This document shows, one piece after another, positions 47,901 through 59,700 of a DNA stretch of 64,000 bases; the first letter of the stretch is position 1, and each line of letters begins with the position of its first letter. The translations under genes and the position numbers were made by a program. Location of the stretch: NCBI GenBank assembly GCA_964187785.1, contig OZ076409.1, forward strand, positions 60,946,001 to 61,010,000. The letters are read 5' to 3'. This stretch comes from Amphiscolops sp. MND2022. Taxonomy: Eukaryota. The notes under the pieces were generated by a model. The model was not told where the DNA came from, made no database searches, and saw only the letters and a list, made by a program, of their open reading frames with translations.

Positions 47901-49300
47901 GATTGTGGCAATTTCGTTGAGTGTTTGTTTATTTATGGCAATTCGTGTTTGTTCGTTTGGCAATTGTCGCTTGCTTTTGTCGTTTCGCTCTCCCTTGATG
48001 AATTGTTGCTGCCTTGCCATTGGCTGTCGTTCGCTGCGTGCGGTGCTACTGGCTGTTCTCTCGCGTTTTGTGTTTGTGACGTATCTGTAACAAATTTATT
48101 TTTGGTTATTTCGTTTACAGTAAACCAATTATTCCACCTTTCTTCTGCTTTAATTTTGTGGATTACGTACCAAATAGCATAAGTGCAAATAACATAAAAA
48201 CAAAATTAGTGTCAAATAACATAAAAATGAAATTAGTTTCAAATAACATAAAAATAAAACCGAATACCCGGTTAAACAATCGAACTCAGAAAATTTTATC
48301 TGTAATTTCCACACTTTTTTCAGTGAATCTTTTGATTTGTGAATGCTTTTGACCACTAAAACTTTCTCGTAAACATATTTGTTTTTATGTTTAGTGAAAC
48401 CCATTTCATTTTTATGTTATTTGAAACTAATTTTGTTTTTATGTTATTAGCTCTTATGCTATTTGGGAATTCACCATTTTGTGTATGTTACTTGCGTTTT
48501 CGGATGGGTGGCGTGATAAGTAATCTGCGATACCCATTGTTCGACCTGGTGCATGAACTACAGTGAATTGAAACGGTAGTAAGCGGTCTACCCACCGCGT
48601 TAATCTTGACGAATAAGTTCTATTAGCTCGATTATCGCGTAGGATAGTTGTCAACGCCTTATGATCTGAAACTACCTCGAATTCGGTGCCGTATACAAAA
48701 TTTCTAAAATTATTGGTCGGATTCCAGCTGCTGATACTTTGTAACCCAATTATTCAGTCTGGATACTTTCAGCATCCACTGCTTTTTGAAGTTGGAGTGG
48801 TACTCGTCTACCTTTCTGTTGAGTGATCTTCGCTCCTACTTTAAATTCGATCTTTATACTGTGGCCGGCAATTTTTCCTTTACGTGAAAAAATGTTGAGA
48901 AACTTTTGCTGACTGCGCTTTAAGTCTGGCGACAATTCAACTTTATTTTCAACTTTACTTTGCCACTACAAAGATGTCCCACCATTTTTCCCATTCTAGT
49001 TTAGGGGGGGGGCACTGTGCTGATCCCAGTATGGTGGCAATCCCGCCAATGCTGACGGTCCGCTGGTTGCTGCCCTTCCGTTGGAGTCCATAATATCTCG
49101 CAGCGCCATGTTGTAGCTGGCAATGTTCAGATGAAAACAATGTAGTGCAAGCAATAGTGTATTCTAGATTAGACCATGTGGTTATTGGTCTTCGAGATTA
49201 TTCTTTTGATACAGTTTGTATTTATTAACAACTAGCAAATTGACATTTTAAATTAACTGCTCTTTTTGATTTGGAGTTCGGTTCGAGGTGCCCTCTCACA
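44957..49300 (-). mobile_element. Two-LTR internally deleted Gypsy element (lacks most of gag, PR, RT), inserted into satellite B
   Basis: 5' LTR 49109-49300; 3' LTR 44957-45117 with a ~31-bp deletion; TSD GCCTG (44952-44956, 49301-49305); PBS 49098-49108; PPT 45118-45126; integrase 46503-48020. Confidence 0.92.
48160..48475. mobile_element. MITE, same family as 31657, TSD ATTTTGT(G)
   Basis: Flanks 48153-48159 and 48476-48482; removing it restores NIHKIKAEE. Confidence 0.9.
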
Positions 49301-49304
49301 GCCT

Positions 49305-49720
49305 GCCTCTGAAAACTCTAACCAATCGAAACGAATTATTTTATCAAAATTTACCATATTTTAATGACAGGCCGATTTTAACTGATTGTCAGAATGTTCG
49401 AAAACGGCATTCAATTGAGCAATATTTCCCTGACAATAATAGGGTATATTAGATTTTAAATATTGACGTACTACCCCCTTTGGTAGTTGTTTTCTTACAG
49501 TTTAAGATATGTATATGGTTTCCACGACACATGTATAAAGATATTGTCTTACTTTCCACAATTGTTTTAGGACCATTCAAAAACAAGCTCATTCGTTGAA
49601 TGCTAATAAAAAACTGGCAGTTGATAAACAAATGCCATATTTTGATGACAAGACAGTTATAAATAAATGCCACATTTTTAAAATAATGCCATGTAAAATT
49701 GTTTTCAAACTTTTCGTGTT
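49305..49720 (+). repeat. Satellite B end plus arm A
   Basis: Continues the B unit interrupted at 44951. Confidence 0.85.
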
Positions 49721-50149
49721 TTGACGTACTACTGATGGAGCAATACTTGTTGGAAGATAGCAGAACTTAGAAACTATACAGGAAAGTGTAAGGCAACAGC
49801 AACTGAATATCTGAATTTTATCGATGTCTAAAAATGTTGGCAGGTGCTAGTAATTAAAGTTTTCACACATATTCGTTTTGTCTAACACTAAGATTAACTT
49901 TCAGTGTCAATCTATCACACTCTCCATTTTTTGGACAAAACTTGTTGGGAAACTAATTTCTCATCAATTTAAGTTCACTTATGTTTCAAATGTTATCGGT
50001 ATCACAGGTACTCATTTCAAGTTACATGACTTCTCAAAGTGTTCAGGATTTTTTAAGGTTTTTCAGTTTCAAGCTCTCTTGGGCTCTCATTCGTTTTGTT
50101 CTACGCCCGCTTTTCCACCATCATCGACATTCATTACGACGTCGATCCC

Positions 50150-50610
50150 ATCTCTAGTGATTTGAATGGTTGATCACCTTTTTGCTTTCTCGCCGTCTTT
50201 GACTGTTGTCGCTCACTCTGTTTACTTTCCACTCTAAGTACATGTACCGAGTACAGCGAACGCGACAATTTCATCAATTTCGTCATTTCCAACGGCGTTG
50301 TTTCTTCTGAAATAGCATTAATTCAAGTAATGGTATTTACCGTAAGCCAATCGTTCCAAGATTTTTCCGCCTTCACTGTGTTTCCTTTTATTTCACTTGG
50401 CCCAAAAAGAAACCACTCATGAGTATCATACCAGCTAATAATTCTAATTCGTTAATTGAGTTTTTCGCTTCAAAATCCGTTTAAAAAATCTTGACGCAAA
50501 TGACACTGGTTTCCATTCTTGGTTATATTGCTGTTGCAGCGTCGCTTATGATTCTAAGTTTCTAATTCGTTTAAAATGTGTCGCAGCGCCATGTTGGAGC
50601 AATACTTGTT
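50150..50610 (-). mobile_element. Gypsy remnant: LTR end, PBS (50581-50591), short gag start, linker fragment
   Basis: CCAACA|TGGCGCTGCGA; KAEKSWNDWLTVN. Confidence 0.7.
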
Positions 50611-51039
50611 GAGTAAAATTGCAAAATTGCGTATTATATTACACAAATATTCGTATTTTCAAGTTTAGTACCAGTTTTGAACAAACTGCCAGATCATCAC
50701 AATCTGCCATTATTTGATGACTTGCTTCATTTTTGGTACCAGTCACGAGTATCTTTATTCGTACTTCTTGGATTTTTTGTGTCAATCAAAACAATTTCCT
50801 TTGATATAAAATTGAATTAATTTAAAATGATTATTCAAAATCAGCGGACCAATCAGAGAGCAGCGGCAAAAGTGTCATTATAGCAGCAGTGTTGGCGTGG
50901 AATCCAGGACAAGCACTGTCGTGGAATCCAAGAAACGCTTAACATCAAAGAGAAATTTTGTCCTGGATTCCACGACTTTTCTCAATTTTCGTGTCCCGGA
51001 TTCCACGAAAATCAGCGAAAAGCTTGCCTGTGCACTGTA

Positions 51040-54000
51040 ATGTTATGCCGGTTTCTGGTGAAATCAATATGGATTTCTTAGCCCGGTTTTTTCGGTAGAT
51101 CGATTCTATTTTTTTCGTTGATGGGTAGTTGGAATTTTAGGTTCTTACCGGCATTGAGACAGGCTGAGCAGGTTTTTGCCTTCTTTTTTATGTTTGCCCG
51201 CATATTCGGACTCCAGAATATTGCTGCTTCGTTACACATCTTGTTGATCCCAGGATGTCCAAAGTGTAAAGCATTGTGTGCGGTGGTACCGTAGTGTCTT
51301 GGGCACTGTTATTCTGTCGTCCACCGAAGTTATGCCCCAATGGTAGGTGAGTTTTCTGGCCACAGTTTTGTATTCATTGGAGGTTTTGGTTAAAGTTGTT
51401 GTCCTCGATGCAGCAATTCAGCTCTAACAAGTCGGGGTCGTCGGCCGTCTCTTTGATTAATGTCTCTAAGTCGAGCATGAAATCTAGTTCGGCTGCTCTG
51501 ACGTTGTCTTCTTGCTGCTTGTTTCTGGTAGCCTTTTGTTCTACCACCCGGTTTGTTCAGACATAGTGCATGGCTATGTCTTCAAAGGGGCCGTCGCGTT
51601 AATCTTGGACATCTATGGCGGGGTATACTCCTGCCTCGTGTGTTGCCACGGCTTCGTCTTGGTTTGATAATGCGGTAGAATCGGTATCTCTGCCTGTTTC
51701 GTTGTTTTCGTCCGTTTGATCCTGGTTTTGTTGTCTTGGCGGCATCTCGTTGTCGAAATTCTTGAAATTGCCCCGCTGATGTGTGATTTTTTTCTTTCCT
51801 TTTCAATTGCAGGTCTATTTTCAATTCTCTCTTCTCTCGTTTTCTTCTGGCCTTCTTGGAACGTAGATTTCTCTGCCGAGGCCTCTGTTCAACTGTGGTC
51901 GCATTCCACTTCGTCTTGCCAATTCGATCCGTCTTCTTACTAACTCCGTAGTTTCGACGGATTTTTCTCGCCTGTTGATAGTTGTCATAATCTTATCGTC
52001 AGCACTCCAATGGTAAAGTAGTTGGCCGTCTGTTCGGAAGAATCTCACATTCTGGTTAACGTTATTGTTATTAATTGTTGAATACTTCGCGGTTATATTG
52101 TCAATAAGCGGCTGTAATGTATGGCAATTGAAATTGGAATGGCTTTTAATTGCTTGGCAGCGCCGCGTATGAATTAGCGTGTGCGTATCATACATGTTCG
52201 TTTCACTGACGGTGTTTGCGGCATCTGATTGGTTGAAAATCCGTCCTATACGAACGTTTGCCATTGCTAGTTGCGCGATTGCGTTGATTTCAAATTCTTC
52301 TTCGTAGTTTTGTTTTGATTTGATTTGCCGGCAGTGTGTTTTAGGCTAATGTCGAAGTTGTTTAGTCTGTCTAGCCATCTTGTTACCCGTGCGCTGTATT
52401 GTTTGCTGGCTTTGTTTCTTTGTAATTATAGTTCGAGTGCTTGAAGGTCCATTAATAATTGGACTTGTTTACCGTATAGATAGAATCAGTATCGCTCTAA
52501 TCCTCAAACTAAGGCTAGTAGCTCTAGTTTGCCTACAGAGTTTTTCTCTTTCGCTTCATTTAAGTAGAGGCTGGCGAATGCAATGGGTTTCAATTCCCCG
52601 TTTCCTTGTTTTTGCCATGGGGCTACTCCAAGACCGGATTTGCAGGCGTCGGTTGTGACGATATTTTCTTCGTTTCCGTTGTAGTGGGCAAGGTACGGTA
52701 GAGATGTCAATTCTTGTTTTTTTCCGACCCACAATTTCAATGGGGAGGCAAATCATCATCTTTGTTGCGTTTTATCCCAAATTCTACCAAATCTCCACGC
52801 TCCATCACTTGACTATTTAGTTACTTGACTATTTTAGTAGGAGGGGAATAAGATCTAAAGTCAGAAGAGGGAAAAAAATCCAAAGGGAACAAGATGTAAA
52901 ACTTCTGGACGAGTATAAAATCTGATGGGAATTAGATCTAAAGTAAAAATGGGATAAAGATCCAAAGGGAACCAGACCTAAAATTGCAGGACGGGAATAA
53001 GATCTGAAGGGAATAAGATCTAAAGCCACTAAATTTTAGATCTTTTTATTTGATCCTATTCCCCTCCCAAAATAGCTATGGCTCAAGTGATGAAAGTGAA
53101 AAGGGAGGAAAGTATCCCGGTGCTTAGCGGGCGTCTTGTTTTATTTCGTTGACGTCTGAGTTGCGTTCTTCAGTCCAGTTACAGTTCGAACCTTTCTTCA
53201 GTAATTGTCTTATGTTGTCTGTTTTTTTTCGGAGAGAATGGGTTTGAACTCGGCGAAGTATTGAATTGCTCCAGAAAGGATTTTAGAGTTTTGGTGTTGG
53301 TTGGGTGTTCTAGTTCGTTTATTGCGTCTGTTTTTTCTGCGTTGGGTCTGATTCCGTCCGGTGAAATTGCGTGTCCAAGCCAAATTTTTTCTTTTTGATA
53401 AACTTTCGATTTCTTCTTGCTTGCTTTGTATCCTTCATTTTCCAGCTTGGTGAGTCCCGAATATCATTTTCGAGCGTGTTCCTCCTTCGTTCCGCGGTGA
53501 CGACAAAGTTGTCGTCGAGCTATACGGGTGTTTGATGTGCCAAGGTTATATCTATTTTCTATTGGAAAATAGTTGGTAAGTCGGACGGGCTGTAGAATCT
53601 AGGAAACGGTAATATCCGTTCTTGTTTTCGCCAGTTACTGCGAAGTTGCAGTGTTTGCTGGTTTCTGCTGCTAGTTTCTTCTGTCCGTGGGCATAGTCGA
53701 GGTCTACGACGGATATCCAGATTGGGTCGTGGTCGTTTCTCGAAAGTTCGGCGGATATTTGGTTCAGTAGTTCCTGCAGTTTTGGCCTATGTGTTTTTTT
53801 TTACACAGTTCTCGTTTAGTTTGCGGGCGTCCATTGCGGTTTTTTCCGTTTTGTCTTCTTCTCACCGTAATTACTACGGGTGATACGAAACAGTCTTCTT
53901 CGATTGTTTCCAGTCTCCCGAGATGTCCGGAGTTTATTTGTCGTATTAGTCGGTCAAGTTCTTTTTTTTACATCTTGTTGCAGGTGGTATGGTATTGGTC

Positions 54001-54790
54001 TGGCTTTTTGTTGAAAAGGATCACATCCTGGTATCCTGGTTTCATTTGGATTTTTACCTCCGTATTTTTGTTTGTATAGTTCGTTTCAAACAGTTTGTGG
54101 ACTTTTGTGTGGATGGTGTTTGATTTGTTGGCGGGTTCGTCCAATAGAATTTTGGATGATAGTAATTGGCAGTTGTTTTATCCAGTTTACGCGTAACAAT
54201 GATAGAATGTCGTTTCTCTGTGGTATTAGTATTGGTAATTTTGTGGTTTCGCCGTTTTACTCGATATCTACCCATATTTCCTCCAAGAATTTGGTTTAGT
54301 TTTTGTTCACATCCTGGTATCCTTCTTTATTTTGGTAATATTTGGTTGATTCGTGTCATTTGCCGGATTTCTTCGGGATACTAGTATTCGCCAGCGTTCT
54401 TCCGGGGTTTCGTTTTCTTCTTGTTTTGTCCAAAAGAAAAATCCAGGCTGTGGTATGTGTTTCGTTTGGGCACGTAATTTTCTTTGAATAGTTTTAGTAG
54501 TCTTTCCGTATTTATTGTGTCGGGGTCCGTGTTAAATTCTCCTTTGGATATAATCTCAATTGCTGACGGTCCAGTTCCCCAGATAAAGTCTTGTCTTATT
54601 TCTGGTTCTTTGTTTGGCCAACTGTTGCTGGTCGGTATTGTTATTCCGGATAATGCCGTTTTTATATCGAAATTCTAAAACCGTTTGATATAGTATGGTA
54701 GTCGTTCCGTCCATTTTATTTGTGTATACAGTTTCTTCCCGTCAAGTCCGGTGTCTTCAAGGCAGCTGTATATTGCTTGTGGTCGTTGTC
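51040..54790 (-). mobile_element. Degenerate Gypsy of a distinct family: gag, partial RT, RNase H, linker, integrase start
   Basis: gag QDFIWGTGP...KRNTYHS; RT PV*LDD...KSFLGAIQY; RNase H TDACKSGLG...LELLA. Confidence 0.75.
52829..53076. mobile_element. MITE with internal GGGAATAAGATCTAAAG repeats, splitting RT from RNase H
   Basis: Inverted ends CTATTTT...GGAGGGGAATA / TATTCCCCTCCCAAAATAG. Confidence 0.65.
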
Positions 54791-55545
54791 ATTGTTTTTT
54801 GATCTGTTAAAGTTTGATAGTACACGGTAAAATAGAAAATAAGGGTAAAATCTTGCTACTGCGTCATGTTTAATCTCGAAATACTTGGTTCTAAAACATC
54901 GTTGTTTAAAAGGTAACTAATATCATGGATCTCACGTACGTATCAAAAGTTTATTAAATGGTAACAAATCTAAGCAACATAAATACACGGCAATTAGAGT
55001 TTTGTTGGTCAATAGCACCAAATGTCTCTGTCTGTTGTCCGTAATAATACGGTTCAAGGTTGGGTTTATGTATGTCACATCATTAGTGATCGAAACGTTC
55101 CTAGATATGAATATCAAAAATTTTTCACACTTGTTCAAATACAAAATGTTTGCGATAGGCTCGCTACCTTCGTTTGAAAAGTAGTTTTTTCTTTGTCACT
55201 TTTTTGAGGTTTATTTTAAACTCTGAATGACTTCTTTAGAAGTTGTTTAGATGCAAGAAGACAAACGCGACAAATTTAGTATTTGTACGGCTGTAGTCCT
55301 CAGTACCACAGAAAGAGAATTTTGGTAATTTCTGCACTGTAAGATTTTGTTATATTCATTTTGAAACTCAACACAATCTAACATTCAAGAGCTCGTTCAT
55401 TGCTTGTCAGTTTCGTTTCAGAAAGTTTTGTTAATATAAAAAGATTCAATTCAAGTCAATCTTCTGAAAATAAGGTAAGCTTCAAGTTTCATAAATTCAA
55501 ATTGGAGGAGAATTCATTTTCGTTGCAGATTATTCATGAAAATGT

Positions 55546-55671
55546 TCAGGACACGTTTTGTGTTGTGAAGGTTCCCCCGTTTGTCTCATCAGTGGCTTGT
55601 TGGTCCTGTTGGTTTGGTTCTGGGTGGTCTTCTCTATAGGCATCCACAAATTGGTCCCAGGTGCACGATCC
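55546..55671 (-). CDS. Possible terminal exon of a host gene
   Basis: TTTAG| acceptor, 41 codons then TGA; no recognisable domain. Confidence 0.25.
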   Translation of the reverse strand, partial: GSCTWDQFVDAYREDHPEPNQQDQQATDETNGGTFTTQNVS

Positions 55672-56511
55672 TAAACCTGGAAACAACACCACGCATATAC
55701 GTCCGAGTAACCAGATTGAAAATCATGTCTGGATTTTAGTCGGCCCTCTCCGAAGATAAAGAGCAGACTATTACAGTGACCACTTTTTTCTTCAGCGTCA
55801 CATAGCAGCGCTCACTTTTTTGTTCGATTTGTTTTAGTGGTTTCATATTATCGTGGGGCAGTTATAAACGGTATCCAGGACAATTTTGCATGTATAGATA
55901 GCAGCATAGGGTCCCTTTTGGGGTTTCTTGGGGATTTTCTTTTGAATTTTTTCATTTCACCGTAGGTTCCCGTTTTCAGAGTCCTGCGTTCAAGAAAAAC
56001 CTTCAGTAGCAAGGAAGCCCTTTAAAAGCGATTCTTGCGCTCTTTGAGCCTTAAGCCGAGCGCAAACTTGGGCCATTCCCGGTTTGTTCGTTTTTGTTTT
56101 CTGTAAAAATAAATCGAAAAAGTTTTAGCGGTTTTTTCTTTGTCAAAAATTTCTGCCTGTAACTACCAGATTGCAAGAATGGAAGGTACTTTCCACTTAG
56201 TATGATGGCTACTGTGGCTATGTCCCTCGGCCAGGCCAGGGAAGCAGGACACTGTTTTTCGAAGCCAACACAGGACGATTTTTCAATGTTTGAAAAAGTA
56301 GACGATTCTAAAGGGACCCGAATTGTGTTTTTTGCACTGCACGACACTTCTGCGAAAATGTTTGCCCAAATTTTTAAAAGTGTTGGTCGATTCATCTAAA
56401 GGTGCCAAAAAAATTCCCCATTTGATTCTTTTACATTTAACTTATCTTAAAGAAACAGACGGTTTTGGTTTTGTTCGACAAATGGTGTAATTTTTCTGCA
56501 AAAAAACTCCT

Positions 56512-56704
56512 TGTGAGAGAGTGCACTCTCGAACACTCAAACGAAAAAGAGACTGGTTGTGTAACACTTTATTAAAGTTGTTTACCAACAAAAAGAGTGC
56601 TCACAAGAAAAGTGAGAACGGCCACTTGCCACATGGTCTACATACAATACAGTATTAACAGCTCTATTGTTTTGATTCTCCTTCGAGATAGCATAGCTAC
56701 AACA
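56512..56704 (+). repeat. 5' LTR (193 bp)
   Basis: Matches 61820-62012. Confidence 0.98.
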
Positions 56705-59700
56705 TGGCGCTGCGAGACAATTCTTTTGAATCCAGCGGGAAACAAACCACAAGCAGTTCGTCAGCTCTGGCGGGACTGCCAGCTTATTGGGAGTGTCCAG
56801 AAGTACCACCTAAAGCAGAATGGGAAAAGTGGTGGGAACTCTTCGTAATGGCAATAAATGCCAAACATGCTATATCAGTTACCGAGCTACTCAGAACACC
56901 TACCCAAAACAGCCCACGACAGGCAGCACTACTAAACAATCTAAACGAACAAGCCGCAGAACGGAAAGTTGTCAGCATTTTATTCCTATCATTAGGAGTG
57001 GCCGGCAGAAAGAATCTAACCGACAAATTCCCGTATATGACGGTAGCCACAGCACCACTAACAGAAATCAAAGAAAATTGCGAGCAGACGTTTTACAAAC
57101 CCAGGAATAGAACTCTGGAGCGATACAAATTCTTCGCACGAAAACAACAGAGTCATGAGTCGTTGAGACAATTCTGGAATATCCTCACGGGATTAGCGGC
57201 AAGATGTGAATTTGGCGAACAAACAGAGGGACTTATCATGGACGCATTCATCCAGAACATGCGACACAAGACAGTACAGGAACGCCTGTGTACTGAACCA
57301 AAAGAAAATCCAAAAGAAGCATTGCAATTCGCGATCGCATATGAAGAAGGCATAAGCCAACAAAAGAACTTCGCAGGAGGCGCAGAAATAAAGACAGAAC
57401 CAGTAATGGCAGTAGAAGGAAGAACAACAAGAAACCCATGTACACGATGCGGGTTCGAATTTTCGCAAAACCACTTAGCAGCATGTAAAGCCAAAACAGA
57501 GAAATGCAGAAACTGCGGAGTAACGGGACACTTCGCAAGAATGTGCAAGAGACCAAGAGCTGGCAACTCGCGCGGAGCTGGCAGAAATCAAAATAGTGGC
57601 AACATGCGGAGAGTGAACATGATTGAACAATCAGCCGACCAATCAGGAGGCAGCTCAGAATGGGACGAGGACAACATCGTACTACACGTAAACGGGGTAG
57701 GTGTTAAACCATTTGTGTTGAAAGGAAAGATAAATAAACAACAATTTTCAACCATGATAGACTCAGGGTCGCCCATAACGATCTTCACGAAGGAAGACTT
57801 ATGCCAAATACTGAAAACAGACCTAATCTTCGCAAGACCCCTCCCGAAAAACGAAGAGTACGTCGACTACAACGGCAGACCACTTAATCTGGTAGGATAC
57901 ATCACAGTCGACGTAGAAGTGGGGAAACAAAAGATGACACGAGCACGCATAGTGATATCAAGAGACGGGAAGAAGTCACTGATTGGTCGCGACTGGCTAA
58001 CAAAACTAAACTACCGACTCACAGAAAAACAAAATGAAGGTGAGTGCAAAAACATTGTAAATAACATTGTAAGAAAAGAGGAATTGTCCCCGGAATTAAA
58101 ACAAATTCAGAAAAAGTTTCCAAAGGTTTTTAAAAGAACAGGTAAGATCATCGGACACACGATCAAAATCGAATTCAAAGAAGGGGCCAAAATCACGCAA
58201 CAGAAGGGCAGACGAGTGCCATTACAACTACAACAAGCAGTGGACAAAGAAATAAAGAACCTACTGGAGGCAGGACATATCAGGAAGATCGACAAAGTGA
58301 CAGATGAGATGTTCATACAACCGGTGGTAATTACGGTCAAAAAGGACAGAAGTGTCAAAATCGCGCTAGATGCCAGGTCGCTCAACAATGCCATTTTGAA
58401 GAATAAATATCAAATGCCAGATCTGGAGAGCCTGATGGATAAGATCGCTGAGGTAATTAACAGCAAACAAGAAGGAGAAGTATTTTTCACTTCATTAGAT
58501 ATGCAATACGCATATGGCCAGACACAATTACATCCCGAGACGGCGAAGCACTGCAACTTCCAAATTGTGGGAGGAGAAACAACGGGCACATACGCATTCA
58601 ACACAGGATTTTACGGGTTAACTACAATGCCCCCAGAATTCCAGAAAATCATGGACAACATCTTACACGAACTAAATAATACATTCACATTTATCGATGA
58701 TATACTAATCGTGACAAAAGGGACAAAAGACGATCACTTGAAGAAAGTGGAAGAAACCATCAAAGTGTTAGATGAAGCAGGAGTCAGGCTGAAAATAGAA
58801 AAGTGCATGATAGCCAAACGAGAAACCGAATGGCTGGGATACATACTGTCGGCTGAAGGAATAAAGCCCATCAACGAAAAGGTACAGGCTATCACTGAGA
58901 AATTAAGACCAAAGAATTTAAAAGATTTGCGGTCCTTCATGGGGGCAATAAATCAGCTAAATAAATTTATACCGAACCTAGCCAACATATGTGCACCTTT
59001 GAGACCTCTCCTAAAACACGATAACGAATGGAAGTGGGAAAAAGAGCATGAAGAAGCTTTCGAGAAAATAAAAGAAGCAATTCGAAAGATCACCGAGCTG
59101 AAACACTTCAAAAGAGACCTGCCCCTAAGAATTATATGTGATGCTAGCAGAGAAGGGCTGGGGGCGATGTTACAACAGGAACAAGAAGAAGGTTGGGAAA
59201 CGACCCACTACGCTTCAAGATTTTTGACGGAGTTTGAACAAAAATACTCGATCAACGAGTTAGAATTGTTGGCCGTTGTATGGGCCGTGGAATATTTCCG
59301 AAATTTTGTATACGGCACAGAATTCGAGGTAGTATCAGATCATAAAGCCCTAACGACTATACTAAGAGGTAACAGAGGAAATAAAACATATTCGTCGAGA
59401 CTTACTAGGTGGGTGGATCGGCTACTTCCATTCCAATTCAGGGTAGTCCACGCCCCAGGACGCACAATGGGAATGGCTGATTATTTGTCTCGGCATCCGT
59501 CGGAAAGTAAGGGTAACGATAACAAAATTAAAGCAGAGGAATTATGGCACAATTGGTTCACCGTTAATGAAATAACTAAACAATCCAATTCTGTTTTAGA
59601 CACAGCCAATAGAATTCAACGAGAAGAAGCAAAACAGCCAATGAGCGAGAAGTTGGCAACTTCGAGCGAACGGCACGCGAAGGTGAAGGCGGAGAAAGTG

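Noticed and set aside
49733-49752. GGAGCAATACTTGTTG shared with 50596 as a second LTR of a tiny element
   Set aside because: Similarity ends after ~16 bp; no PPT or TSD found.
55630-55660. TWDQFVDA frame as the next AK5-like exon
   Set aside because: A stop follows immediately and no phase-compatible acceptor is present.
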